A DNA stretch of 64,000 nucleotides from Gordius albopunctatus (lineage: Eukaryota): assembly GCA_964276515.1 (NCBI GenBank), contig OZ193909.1:1798001-1862000 (forward strand), given 5' to 3'. Positions 1 to 12,299 of this stretch are shown piece after piece. Numbering within the stretch: position 1 is the first letter of the stretch; each line of letters opens with the position of its first letter. The notes beneath the pieces were generated by a model. The model did no database searches and was not told the DNA's origin. It saw only the letters and a list, made by a program, of their open reading frames with translations. A program made the translations under genes and the position numbers.

Positions 1-2132
1 ATTATTCTGCTTCCAGCAGCGTAGGCAAAACAAGAAAAGGATTTGAACGGTACCATTGTGGAAATGGCTACGGAGCGAGAAACGATGAAGGCAACGAAAT
101 ATTGAAAATAGCCGTTGCATTTGATTTGGCCATCACAAATACCTTCTTTAAAAAGAATGTAAATCACCTAATAACGTATAAAAGTGTAAATCGATCTTCG
201 CAGATTGACTTTCTCCTAATATCAAGAAAGTAATTAAAGAATGTACGAGATTGTAAGGTGATACCAGGTGAGGCTATTGCAGCCCAGCATAGGCTTGTTG
301 TGATGGACTATACCATCTCCAAGGCTAAAACACAAAAGCCGAAGCGATTAAATGGGAAAATCAAATGATTCCGGCTATAAAGATTGAAAGACATTTACAA
401 TGATCAAATAGTTGAACGGCTGCAAATAGATGATAAGCAGAATGCAAACGATATGTGGAATAACATAGCTAACACGGTACGATCAGTAGCGAGGTGTGTT
501 CTAGGAGAAGGTAAACCAGGTATAAAAAAAGATAAGGAGACATGGTGGTGGAAAGAAGACGTGCAACGCCTGGTCAAATTGAAAAGAAAGCTTTATAAAT
601 TATGGTCAGGCAACAGAAATGAAGAAACACGATTGGCATATGTGAAAGCTAAAAATGAGGCAAAACGTTGTGTAGCCAAGGCTAAAACAGAAGTCTACGA
701 GAATTTGAATGCCAAGTTAACCAGTAAAGAAGGGGAAAGAATGATCTACAAAATCGCAAAGACCAGGGGAACTCAAAGGATGTGGTAAACGTGAAAACCA
801 TAAAGAGCAAATGTGACATCACTCTAACTCTGGACCATCAAATCATAGATCGTTGGGAAGAATACTATAAAGAATTATTAAAAAATGAAAATGGATTTTT
901 GGACTACTGCGATAGCAAGAACATGAATATGACCCATAGTTAGAAGTGACAGAAGAGGAGGTTGATCAGGTGCTTAAAAATATTACCATGGACAGAGCGA
1001 TGCGACCTGATTATATACCTATGGAAGCTTTCAAAATCTACTTGCAAAGCTATTTAACAAAATACTTGCAAGTGGTATGATGCCTGATGAGTGGAGGGAA
1101 AGCTATGTTATACCTATCTATAAAATGAAGGGAGATGTACAAGAATGTAAAAACTATCGAGGGATAAAGTTAACGAGTCACGTAATGAAGGTGTGGGAAA
1201 AGGTTATAGAAGCTAGACTCCGAAAAATAATATCAATAGATGAACGACAATTTGGGTTCATGCCTGGAAAGTCGACTTCAGATGCAATACAGGGTCTTAG
1301 GAGAATATGGATTCAATAACAAAGAACCTGAAACGCGAATCACCTTGGGCAATGCTCTTTGTGGATGATATCGTCCTGTGCGCAGGCTCAAACGTGGAAT
1401 TAGCAGAGCATGTAAAAGTGTGGATAGAATGAATTGAAAGCAAAGGCCTTAGGGTTACCCGAGATAAAACGGAATATGTATGCTTGGAGTCGGGGAATGA
1501 ATACAAAGAAGCCCACCTGCAAATCGATGACTGGTGTTTAAGCAGCAGGAAAAAATTTCTAGGTTACAATGTGATGGAGGTGTGAAAAACGAAATTAAGG
1601 CAAGAATAAACGCAGGCTGGCTAAAGTTAAGGGAGTTGAGTGGTGTCCTATGTGACAAACACATACCACTCAAATTGAAAGGACGGTTATATAACACCGT
1701 TATTGTACCCACGGTATTTTATGGAGCGGAGACGTGGGCAATAAGGCAAAAGAGGAGCAAAGCTTGGCTACAATGGAGATGCGAATGTTGAGATGGATCT
1801 TGGGAATAAGCAAAAAGGATCATATAAGGAATCAAGACATAAGGGATAAACTAAATGTAGTTCCGATTCAGAGAAAGTTTGTGGTAAGAAGATTAGATGG
1901 TATGGCCATTTGGAGAGACGGGAGGAAAGTCACTTGGCCAATCGTATCAAGAAAGTGCAAGTAGAAGGTAAGCGAAAGAGATGGAGGCCTAAACTGACAT
2001 GGAAGCATAAAATTGATATGGACTTGAGAAGGTGAGAGCTAAAGCGAAGCTGGTTTAAGTGCAGGAATACATGGAGAACCTACTTGAAGGAGCTGACCAC
2101 TAAATGTGACAAACAGCTATAGGAAAAAAAAA
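1..2132 (+). mobile_element. RTE-clade LINE, family A, degenerate (APE C-terminus + RT), runs off the window start; poly(A) 3' end
   Basis: ORF pieces with RTE motifs (KETWWW, PDEWRESYVIPIYKMKGDVQECKNYRGIKL, QFGFMPGKST, YGAETW); many stops/frameshifts; ends ...GCTATAGG(A)9; near-identical to 41461-42533/45452-45994. Confidence 0.92.
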
Positions 2133-4582
2133 TCTTAACGAAATATAAACCTAACATAACAAAGCATCAAATTAGTTCGAATTTAAATTATGATTTAAGA
2201 GTTTGTTTTTGTATAATGGAGTTTCAAGATACGTACTGAGAAAGCACTATAATTCACATGTGCAAAATTGGCATGGTAGGAGAGAAAAGCAGGATTAAAA
2301 GATGATCCTGCAAGTATCACAATTTTCTTAAACGATGAGCAAGTCAAAGTGTTAAACTCTCGATCGATGCTATAAAAAATTGACACTAACTTATGGATAG
2401 CACATAGTTTAGTCTAAGGGGGCATTGCACAAATATCATTGATAAGATCGTAATTATTCTATAAACATATAAAATTATGTAAAATTTACATACATACATA
2501 CCGAATTCACTTTTTTAACCATCGCACGAAAGGTACAAAATTATTTGTATCTTATTTTCCTCTGCGGTTTCACTATGAACGCTTCCTATTTACACTTGTT
2601 ACTTTCGTGATATATGATAAATTTCACGATTAATATAAAGATATTAAGAAAAAGAATGAAGAGTTTCATAAATTAGCCAAAAAATTCACTTTGCCTTTTT
2701 TTGCTTCGCGCGTCATCACGAACGCCTTAGTTCCATTTATAAAAATTATTGGTATTCTAATTGAAGCGAAGGTAACATATAGTTAAAGCAATTGGAACTA
2801 GGGATAGTGAAAAATTATTTTTTATAGCTTGTGTTATTAGAATAAAATCGGTTTTGTGCTCACACCAATTGTTATAGTATATTTTTTATCGGTAAAAATA
2901 TTTTTTGGAATTTTAGCATAATCTTTCGCTAAAATATTTTGTGCTGTTAGAAAATATTTTTTATAAGTTTGCGGTCACACAGATGATAATCTCTAACCAA
3001 TAAATTTGTAAACAGGACAAAAGATTTCATGATAACAATGAAGTTAATAACGATTTTGAATTTAATAAAATTATTTAAAAATAATATAAATTTTCTTTAA
3101 AATTCTTAGTTGGTAATTGTTGTTATTATTGTCCAAGCAATTAAGCAATAATCCTTTTATTATTTTAACACTCTTTACAGTCTGCACTATAAACCTGCAC
3201 TATCCGACCCGCCCTCGAGGCGGAGCTTGGACGGGCTTCTTCTTTAGAGGGTATGATAACTTGTCTTTTATTTATAAACTAAAAGGAGCCATTCATAAAA
3301 TAAATGAATAAGCCATTAAACCGTTTTAATTATTATTAAAGCTCAAGTGAATAGCCTTTTTAAAATGTCGCAGGGAAAAAAATGGTGGCATAAATTGGGA
3401 CACTATTAGGGGTGATACAAAGTAGTTAGTGTTCTGCAAATTTATACGTACCTCACTTAAATCATACTCCTATAATAGGATTGTTGAGTAAACTCTACGT
3501 TGATATGGGGATGTCATATGAAAATTGATAAAAGTATATACATTAGGACTCAATGCGTCAAAACGATGGACGTTTAGATAAACTTCCTATATACCCAAAG
3601 CCCAAAGTCTGTTAGAAAACAGCATTTAGAATGTCACATCGCTAGAAAAGTCGCTCCTTTCAAAAAAGGCATTGAAATTTATAATTTTATGTATTAACTT
3701 ACACGTATGTGAGTAAACATTTGATCATATAAATGATTAAAATTAATTATGATCACAAAATTATCAAATTCAAAATTAAATTTGATTCGACAGATACGTT
3801 TAACGACGCTAAAGAGTTTTTTCGTGATTATAAATTTGTCTAAATTCCTATATTCAACGCATATGTTGTGCATCTAAAATCTATGCTAGTGTTATATATT
3901 CAAATGTTAAATCTTAGATATGGGAATAATTTAATGCTTTAAAATAATATGTAAAATGGTCAAAGGTAGCCCCATTTTATAAAAATAGCAAAAAAGTAGG
4001 CATAAAATAGTCAGCAATCATGAAAAGTATATAGGGATACTTTATTTTAAGTATATTAAGGGTAAAACATTATTAATACCCATAATTCTATTTTTTCTCA
4101 TCTTTTACTAATAATATAAATAATAACTACAAAATTTAGATGCCGTCGTTCTCTGCTTTTAACTTAATTCTACGAGCCTTCTTAATAACACTTGTGGTTT
4201 TATTGAGCGAAAATTAAGAATAAAAAATTGTTTGCTATAAAAAGTAGTAATAGATCAATTATATGGCATTCATTTGGCTAAGTTACCGAAACACCTCACA
4301 ACCTTTATGAGTGAACAATTCATGAAAATTAAGTAACTGGAGATCTATGCAATAAAAAAACCATTTAAAGGTACGCTGTTAGTTTTAAATGGAGGTGTTG
4401 TACATCAAATTTAATTACAGGTCTGTAAACAAAGTTCAAAGTCTTTTCGACTAAGCCCTCAGGTATTATTAATCTATAATTTAAGAGTCATTAACCCATA
4501 ATGTTTGGCTTCAATTACATCTTGTATATATATTTTTTTTATAATTCAAAATAGTATTGTGTAAATTTATAAGAAATTTAAT

Positions 4583-6124
4583 ATGTCAATAGTATATAGT
4601 TTTCCACCTTCTAATTTGCCATGGTTAAGGTATGTTCGTCGGTTGCTTTCCAACATGTTACTAACTATTTTTACCTTTTGCCTATTTTTATTTTTTTATT
4701 CGGTCGGTGATAATTACAAAAAAACGATTTATTTCATGAGAAGTATCAAAGAAGTCAAATACTCTATGGTGTACAAAAACGCGCCTAAAAAATTGGAAGA
4801 TATTCATGATCAGCATATGTCATTTTTCCCTTCGCAACCGATGATGACATTTACTAATACTATCGAATGGCCAAATTTTGTAACTCCAACTAATAAATCA
4901 TATTCTATAAGAAAAATTACAAAACCGCATTGGTCGAAATATCGCGAATATTGCCTTGAAACTGGTTATAATAACCCTATTGCAATCAAAGATTGTTGTC
5001 AAAAGCTGGCTATAATAGGATTTCAAATTCCTTCATCTATATCTACGCAACAAGCAAAAAAACAAGTTATTCTTTTTTATTCCGACAAAAAGAAATTGCC
5101 ATTCGTTAAGCACACCTTCAAAACGTGTAATGTTAAAAATTGCGTTATGCTACCTAACGATGAATTCTATTACCCATACGCTGACGCCGTTGTGTTTGTC
5201 CTGACTAATGAACGCAGAAAAAAGCTTCCTAGATCATGGCGACTGACACATCAAAAGTGGATATTTTTTAATAGAGAGCCTCCGGTGTCAATAAACATGC
5301 CTACTAAAAAACTCAAAAATTTTTTTAACTGGACTATGTCTTACAGAATGGATTCAGACGTTCCCATCCCTTGGGGAACCATAGTTAAACGAGGTTCGTC
5401 TGAGGAAGACTTAGAAGCTCCAGAATCTTTAAATTACGATGACGACTCATTAGACTACGAGACAAATAATGAAGTTGCGTCTGATGCTTTACTACGAAAA
5501 GCCAATCAAATGATGGATGCCAAGACTTGTTGGTTTGTGAGTCATTGTAATACGCTAAGTAAACGGGAAGAAGTCGCGCGAGAGCTGGGACTTTATATTA
5601 CCGTTGATATTTATGGAGATTGTGGGACGTTAGAGTGTCCACGTAAGCCACGGAGCGTATGTCAAAAAGTAGTAGAAAACGAATATAAGTTTTACTTATC
5701 ATTCGAAAATAGTTTGTGTCGGGATTACATTACTGAAAAGATATATGATACCCTTGAACTCGACGTTATCCCAATCGTGTACGGTGCCGTCAATTATACA
5801 GCCTTGCTGCCTCCTCACTCATTCATAAACGTGAGAGATTTCGATGACATACGAAGTCTAGCGAATTACCTGATCGATTTAGACAAATCTCCTACAAAAT
5901 ATTTGTCCTATTTTACATGGCGACGGTCGTATAGAATTTTAATACCAGATCCCTTTTGTAGACTATGTCAGAAGTTGAACGATGAAGCCTCAGATAATAA
6001 AAAAGACAAAAAGAAAAGTTACAAAGATTTAATTGAATGGTGGGAAGGATCTAGCGACAATCCTATGTGTACGCCGGTCTCCATCATCGATGGCAAGATA
6101 ATTATCGAAAAAACATATGATTAA
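4583..6124 (+). CDS. Alpha-1,3-fucosyltransferase (glycosyltransferase family 10), intronless, type II membrane protein
   Basis: 513-aa ORF; N-terminal TM segment; FNWTMSYRMDSDVP, WFVSHC, VDIYGDCG and alpha-1,3-FucT motif YKFYLSFENSLCRDYITEK; PPHSFINVRDF. Confidence 0.95.
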   Translation: MSIVYSFPPSNLPWLRYVRRLLSNMLLTIFTFCLFLFFYSVGDNYKKTIYFMRSIKEVKYSMVYKNAPKKLEDIHDQHMSFFPSQPMMTFTNTIEWPNFVTPTNKSYSIRKITKPHWSKYREYCLETGYNNPIAIKDCCQKLAIIGFQIPSSISTQQAKKQVILFYSDKKKLPFVKHTFKTCNVKNCVMLPNDEFYYPYADAVVFVLTNERRKKLPRSWRLTHQKWIFFNREPPVSINMPTKKLKNFFNWTMSYRMDSDVPIPWGTIVKRGSSEEDLEAPESLNYDDDSLDYETNNEVASDALLRKANQMMDAKTCWFVSHCNTLSKREEVARELGLYITVDIYGDCGTLECPRKPRSVCQKVVENEYKFYLSFENSLCRDYITEKIYDTLELDVIPIVYGAVNYTALLPPHSFINVRDFDDIRSLANYLIDLDKSPTKYLSYFTWRRSYRILIPDPFCRLCQKLNDEASDNKKDKKKSYKDLIEWWEGSSDNPMCTPVSIIDGKIIIEKTYD

Positions 6125-6521
6125 AATATGGATTAAAATGTGATAACAGGGTTGTAATAATTCTTTGTAACATTACAGTATTAACAAAAAGACTAAAATT
6201 TATTATAAGTGTGGCAATAATAATGAAATTCTATGCAATACAATCTCTCCTATCTTATAGGTTAAGCATTTACCTAAAAATCGAATATTTTTAAATCTAA
6301 CATTGTCAAACTGCAAGGATCACTAAGATATATATAAGAAATGTTTAACAATAGCGCCAAGTTTTAGAGGGTAAATTGTATCTTTTTTATTAAGAATTTT
6401 TCCATGGGTCTTAAAGCAATAAATTAACAAAAATTCCCTATATTTGGGACAAGAACAGGGCCTAAGTTATGAGCGGGATTCGCAAATTATTTTTGTCCAT
6501 TTATATATATTTAATAAAAAA

Positions 6522-7150
6522 TTCTTTTTTATTCTTTCAATGACTGTTTGTGGTGGTCAGTCCTTTCAACATTAGTTTCCATTTGTCTCTATACCTACAT
6601 AGATCTTTCATTATCTTGTGAATTTCATATCGTGCCTTATTTTATGGATCCCCGTAAGCTTGGGTCTTCCTATCTTGCGTTTTCCTGCGAAAATTATTTT
6701 CTCAATTTTCTTTCCGACGTAGCTATCGTCTCTTCTCTTGACATGGCCATACCATCTTAGTTTGTTTATTAGGAGCTTTGTCTTAATAGATATAGTACCC
6801 AAATTTCTTCCTATTTATTTATTTCGCTTTTGTTCATTTATGCTTAGCACCCATCTTAGCATTCTCATCTCCATGGACGCAAGGCGCTGCTATTTTTTTT
6901 TACGTATAGCCCATGATCCCGTACACAAGATTGTTGGGTGTTGTATGATGTGATGGACCTATACAGTGCACCTTTTAATCTTCTTGGGATGTTTCCTTCA
7001 CAGAACGCCTGTTAAGTCTCTACACTTCACCATCCGGAGTTTATCCTTGCTTGGATTTATTCATTCATTCCACCATCCGATTGAGTGTTGATATTAAATT
7101 TTTAAGGAATCCACGCTTGTAAGTTGTGAATTGCCTAAAGTAAGGGATGC
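6522..7150 (-). mobile_element. RTE LINE 3' fragment (family D), degenerate
   Basis: Minus-strand KLRWYGHVKRRD...GKRKIGRPK typical of the RTE C-terminus; boundaries approximate. Confidence 0.8.
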
Positions 7151-8449
7151 AAATAGTTGATTTTCATCTGATTTAAACTAAGAAATGACAAAAATGAAAT
7201 AAATGATTAATTTGATATAATATTGAATATTTAATCCATGACATTCTAATTCTTCATCTATTATAGCATCAAAAAATGTGAACAAAGTAAAAAAAATAGG
7301 AAATTATTTTGTGCGTCTTTATGGCATGCATAAAGTTATAACCACTATTTTCTTATAAACCATTAAAACCAATTTACAAATAGAATATACAATATATGGG
7401 TTAAATATTTTAGGGTTTTTATTATGTTGCTATTAAAAATAATTGCATAGCATTATTTTGCATTAAAAATCTTTTAATTTCAACTCACTTCGTTTTAATA
7501 GCTATCATAGAGTTCGAAAAATGGTATTATTTTTTATTTGCAACAGTCGATATAGGAAACTTTACATAATTAATTGAGTTTATTTAATGATTTTTTACTT
7601 TAAAGTATCTTTATGTTTAAAATATTATACCATGTCGATAAATTATTGTGGCAATAGATGTTCTTAGCAAGATATCTTGCTACTGACATAAATCATTATT
7701 TGCTCAATATTGTATTATATATTCATAATATTACTGCTGAATTGCATAAAATATGTTCTTACCTCCATTCCTAAGATAGTTAAACAAGAGTTTGATTTTT
7801 TTATTTTACCACTTGACAATTTAGACTTAGGTATTTGTGTTTTGACAATATTTGCCTCAAAAAATATTAGAAACGCAGCGTAGTCAAACGTTTTTTATAC
7901 TTTAGGTGTATATTAAATCTAATAAGGCATAGTTTAGTTAAAATCAGTATAAAAATGGTTATATATTAACGATCAACAAAGTTTTGGTAAACCGCAAACC
8001 TAGCGATACGGTAAATCCAAGAAAAATATCGGTCTCGTCTCATCTGGAAAAATCTACACGAGACGAAAATTTTAAAAAACGGGCTTTTATTGAGACCTTG
8101 GCTTAAAAATTTAGCCATCATAATCATAAAATAGTAAACTTAGTTGCATAGTTTTATCACAATTGGGTTGTTTAATGTCAATTAACATGATTGTAATACA
8201 TTTTATATTTGATAATTTACACACCTAAATCTAGTAAATACTGAATTACGTCACGGCAAATTTGATATTTTCCTAGTTTTAGCTCATTCAATAAAATAAG
8301 ATTGGCCCTTAGGTTTAAATTTATTTATATTATTGCATATTTATATTCTTAGCATTAATATATAATATAAATATTTAGACTTAAAAAGTTTAGATAGTAA
8401 ATATTTAAAAACATTTTTCTAGTTTCCCGACACATAGATCATCCTGTAT

Positions 8450-11322
8450 CTTCTTCTTCTTTATCAGTTATTTGGTCCCACATTGGTGGGGTTTGTTTTG
8501 ATAAGTTTCTTCCATCTTGACCGGGTGAGTGTCATGTCTTGACTAATCTCTTTAGTTTCCATAACCTTATCGACTTGCCCTCTCCACGTGACACCGGGTC
8601 GTCCTCTTCCTCTCTTCCTCTCTTCCCCGGTACCTCCATGTCCAGTACTTTTCGATTTACGTCATTCGTATCCCTCCTTAGTATATGACCATACCACCTT
8701 AGCCGATTTTCGTTAATCATGTCCGCCATAGATTGAATACCCATTTTTGTCATGAAAAAGTCATTCGTCATATGGTCGAGCTTAGTATACCCCAAGCTCC
8801 ACCGTATCATTCTCATCTCTGAGGCTTGTAATAGCTTTAATTCCGTGGTGTTTAATGCCCATGTTTCACTTCCATAGAGTAACACCGGTCTTACGATGGA
8901 TTTGTAAGCTTTGCTCTTCAACCATATTGACATTTTCTTGTCACACAAAACACCGGATATACTTCGCCATTTAAGCCATCCTTTTTGGATCCGGGCATTG
9001 ACTTCTGTTGTGCAACCTCCCTCTTGATGTAGCATCGAGCCGAGGTATGTGAACCTGTCTACTTTTGGGTACTTTAGATGGTCATCCAGCGATGGGGTGC
9101 CTGTACCGTTCATTTCCATGTATACCGTTTTTCTATCGTTGACCTTTAAACCATATCCAGCTAAGCGCTTTGACTATTTTTCTACTTCTTCGAATACTTT
9201 CTCTCTTGTTTCCTCGCATAGTACTATATCATCGGCATATAGCATACACCATGGCGAAGGCTTTTGAACGTCCCTCGTTATCGTGTCTATAATTATATTA
9301 AATAAAAAGGACTTAAAGCAGAGCCTTGATGTAATCCAATATTAACCCGAAAGATTTAGAGTCTCCAACTGTCGTCCTAACGCAAGAGTTTGAAGCTTCA
9401 TAAATATTTTTCATAGGCCGTATATATGCGTCAGGGATATTTTGTTTCCTCAGTCACCACCATATTAAGTCGCGGGGGACCGTTTCATAAGCTTTCTCCA
9501 AGTCGATAAAAACCATATGTACGTCTTTCCTCTTTTCCCCATACTTATCCATCATTTGTCTCAAGGCGAAGATTGGGTCGATTGTGGATTTTCCGGCCAC
9601 GAATTCGAATTCATTAGCCGATATTTCCACCTCGCTTTTCAGCCTTGTTACTAAGATCCTTTCAAAATGATTCAAGGAGTGGCAAGTTAGCTTGATAGTT
9701 GATACCTCTGTAATTGCCGCAGTCCTGAGGGTCTCCTTTGCCTTTAAATAATGGTATAATCGTGCTTGCTCTCCATTGATTAGGGATTCGCTCTTCTACC
9801 AATATCTTGTTAAGGAGGTTCGTCATGGCGGTGACTCCTTCATCACTTCTTTCGGCTTGAATAAGGTATGAACCTTCTCGCTTTTGAGTATTTTAAGAAG
9901 TCCGACATCGCGACTTTTCTTCTCCCTTATCTTGGCCAATTTGTACATAAGCCTATCGCCCCCTTTATGATCCAGTTTGTTTGCCATCTCGGTGTACGCG
10001 GCATTCTTCGCTTTTGCAACGGTCCTTTTTGCGGCCCTCTTTGCGTACCTGTACTCTTGATAATCCTCCGAATTTTTTGATTTATGCCACCGTCTATATA
10101 GATTTTTCTTTCTTTCGATGAAATCTTTAACCGATTGATCCCACCACCATAGTTCTCTATTCATAGCTTTGCCTCCTTTGGTCTGTCCTAGAAAACGAAT
10201 TGCTGTTTCCTTAATGTCCTTAGATAGCGTCTCCCAATCGTCGTCTACGTCCCTTTGCAACTTCCTTGCACCCAAGAGTGAGCAGGCTTTTTGATGGTAT
10301 TCTTTGTTCGTCGACGTATCCTTTAGCCTTTCGTATCGAATTCGAGGTTCATAGACCTTTCTTCTTTCGGGAAATACTCTTCTGTCAAGATCCATAACAA
10401 GTGGACGATGTTGCCTGGCGATTTTTTCTCCCGGTATCACTTTGCAATCTTTGATACTCCATAAGTCCTTTCGCCGTATAAGCAAATAGTCGATTTGACT
10501 AAAATGCTTCTCACTTCTATAGGTCACAAAATGATCTTCGCGCTTTTGAAAATAGGTGTTAACGATCGCCATGTCATATGCTTGGGATACTTGGAGAAGT
10601 TTTTCCCCTTCTTTGTTCTTCAGACCATGCCCATAACCTCCATGATTGCGTTCATACCCGAGGCGATCTTTCCCAACGTGAGCGTTTAAATATGCCCCAA
10701 TAATTAACCTTTCTTCCTGTCCTATTCCTTATATTTCCTTTTCCAATGAATCGAAGAATATGTCATTCTCTGATTCCAAACATGCAATTTGGGGGGCATA
10801 CGCGCACATAACGGTTAGGAGGCCCCCTTGATCTGCAATCTTCACCCACATTAGCCTGTCGGAACAACGCTTGAATTCCACCACCTTGTCCTTGAACGAT
10901 TCACTTAGAACGATACCGACCCCGTTTCTACGATTTGATGACCCACTGTAGAAAAGCTTGTATCCGTTCCACCTCGTCTCTTGTAGGCAGGCTATGTGTA
11001 CCTTTCTTTTTTTAGCATCTGTACGACCTCGATGCTCTTCCCCGTCAACGTTCCCACATTCCAGCACGTAATTCGCATTCTTTCCACAACTAGTTTCCTT
11101 AGCCGCCTTCGTTGTGAGTTGGGCAGTAACCCTAGTGTATTTTTCACATTGCACGGGCGGGGTATGCAGTGCGCCTTGTTTGTGGAGGACGCCCTAGCCT
11201 TTTCTTGAAAAATCCTGTTTGAAACTATCATAGTTTTGGAGTTGATTTTTATAGCCGGTTTCCGACCTGATGCCAACCCTCCACTTTTTGCACACGGACT
11301 TGGGACCGTCGTAGGTAGTGTT
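8450..11322 (-). mobile_element. RTE LINE family B, 5'-complete copy 1, ORF disrupted; 16-bp TSD
   Basis: TSD ATAGATCATCCTGTAT at 8434-8449 and 11323-11338; (GAA)n tail; APE (WNVGTL, LQETRW, SQIDY) and RT (FIDLEKAY, YADD, YLGS) fragments. Confidence 0.96.
11272..11322 (-). ncRNA. Twister ribozyme (P1-type, 3' cleavage-product portion) at the 5' end of RTE-B copy 1
   Basis: Sense AACACUACCUACGACGGUCCCAAGUCCGUGUGCAAAAAGUGGAGGGUUGGC: P2 CACU/AGUG, P4 ACGG/CCGU, loop UCCCAAGU, T2 AC/GU, T1 CCC/GGG; element starts at the scissile A. Confidence 0.9.
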
Positions 11323-12299
11323 ATAGATCATCCTGTATAATGTGATAATATTTTAAATCGGTTAATTAATAAAAAGATTTATATAAATTTGGCTACAATG
11401 CCGTAAGATTTTTAACGCACCTTAGGAAGGATTGTTTTAGAAAGCATCAGTATTTGAAATAAACGTAATAAATTAAATCAGAGGTACACTTTAACTCATC
11501 GTACACCTCTGATATTCTCAAATTATAAATCACACCATACATTTGCTTTTTAATTTACACTACCTATCAAATTATGGCTGGCAGATAAATTAAATTTCCT
11601 CTAAATGTGGTAATTTTGCAATATAATATATGAGCATAATTATAGTTTTTTATGACAAACATTCGAAAATTGATAAAGTAAATAGTGAGAGCATAATACC
11701 GATTTCCAATGTAATAGTTTGTAATAGTTTTTGTTATAAAATTATATAGTACAATTTATTAATAACCTTAAAACCTTCATGTTCCTATAACAGGAATAAT
11801 ACTAATTTTATTGGTTATCTTTATAATGTGTGCAACTCATTAAATATGTTAAAAATAAGGATAAAAAGTATCCTCGTTCTTTGTGGTTTTAATAACAATA
11901 TAATTAACATCTGAGTAATTCTTTAGGAGCTGATTATTTGCGTATCAGAGGGCTAAATTCTTTTTCTTACGGTATTGTTTATTTTTTTCTAATGTTAATT
12001 AAGGGCTCAGTATTTCAAATTAAGTTAAATAAAAGTAATTTAATGCTTAATTGAACGATCTATTGGCAAACATCATGGCTTTAATACATATATAATTTTT
12101 AGATATTTCTTTAAATGAAGTAATGTACAGGCACTCTTGATGATATGATAATTTACCAGCCTGATTTTTTTTAAAAAAATTTAAATAATAATTTAACAGA
12201 AAAAAAACTTATGCATAAAATATATTATCCTCCTGTCTGAAACGAGGTCAGCCTTGTAATTTCATTGGAATGATTAGGTATTTTACTTTTACATTCAGT

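Noticed and set aside
1083..1102. CTGATGA...GAAA resembling a hammerhead core
   Set aside because: Lies in RT coding sequence (PDEWRES) and has no stem II or flanking stems
3200..3255. GC hairpin CCGCC-CTCGA-GGCGG as a possible ncRNA/ribozyme
   Set aside because: No recognisable motif; shares a short match with ~56950, so probably a repeat remnant
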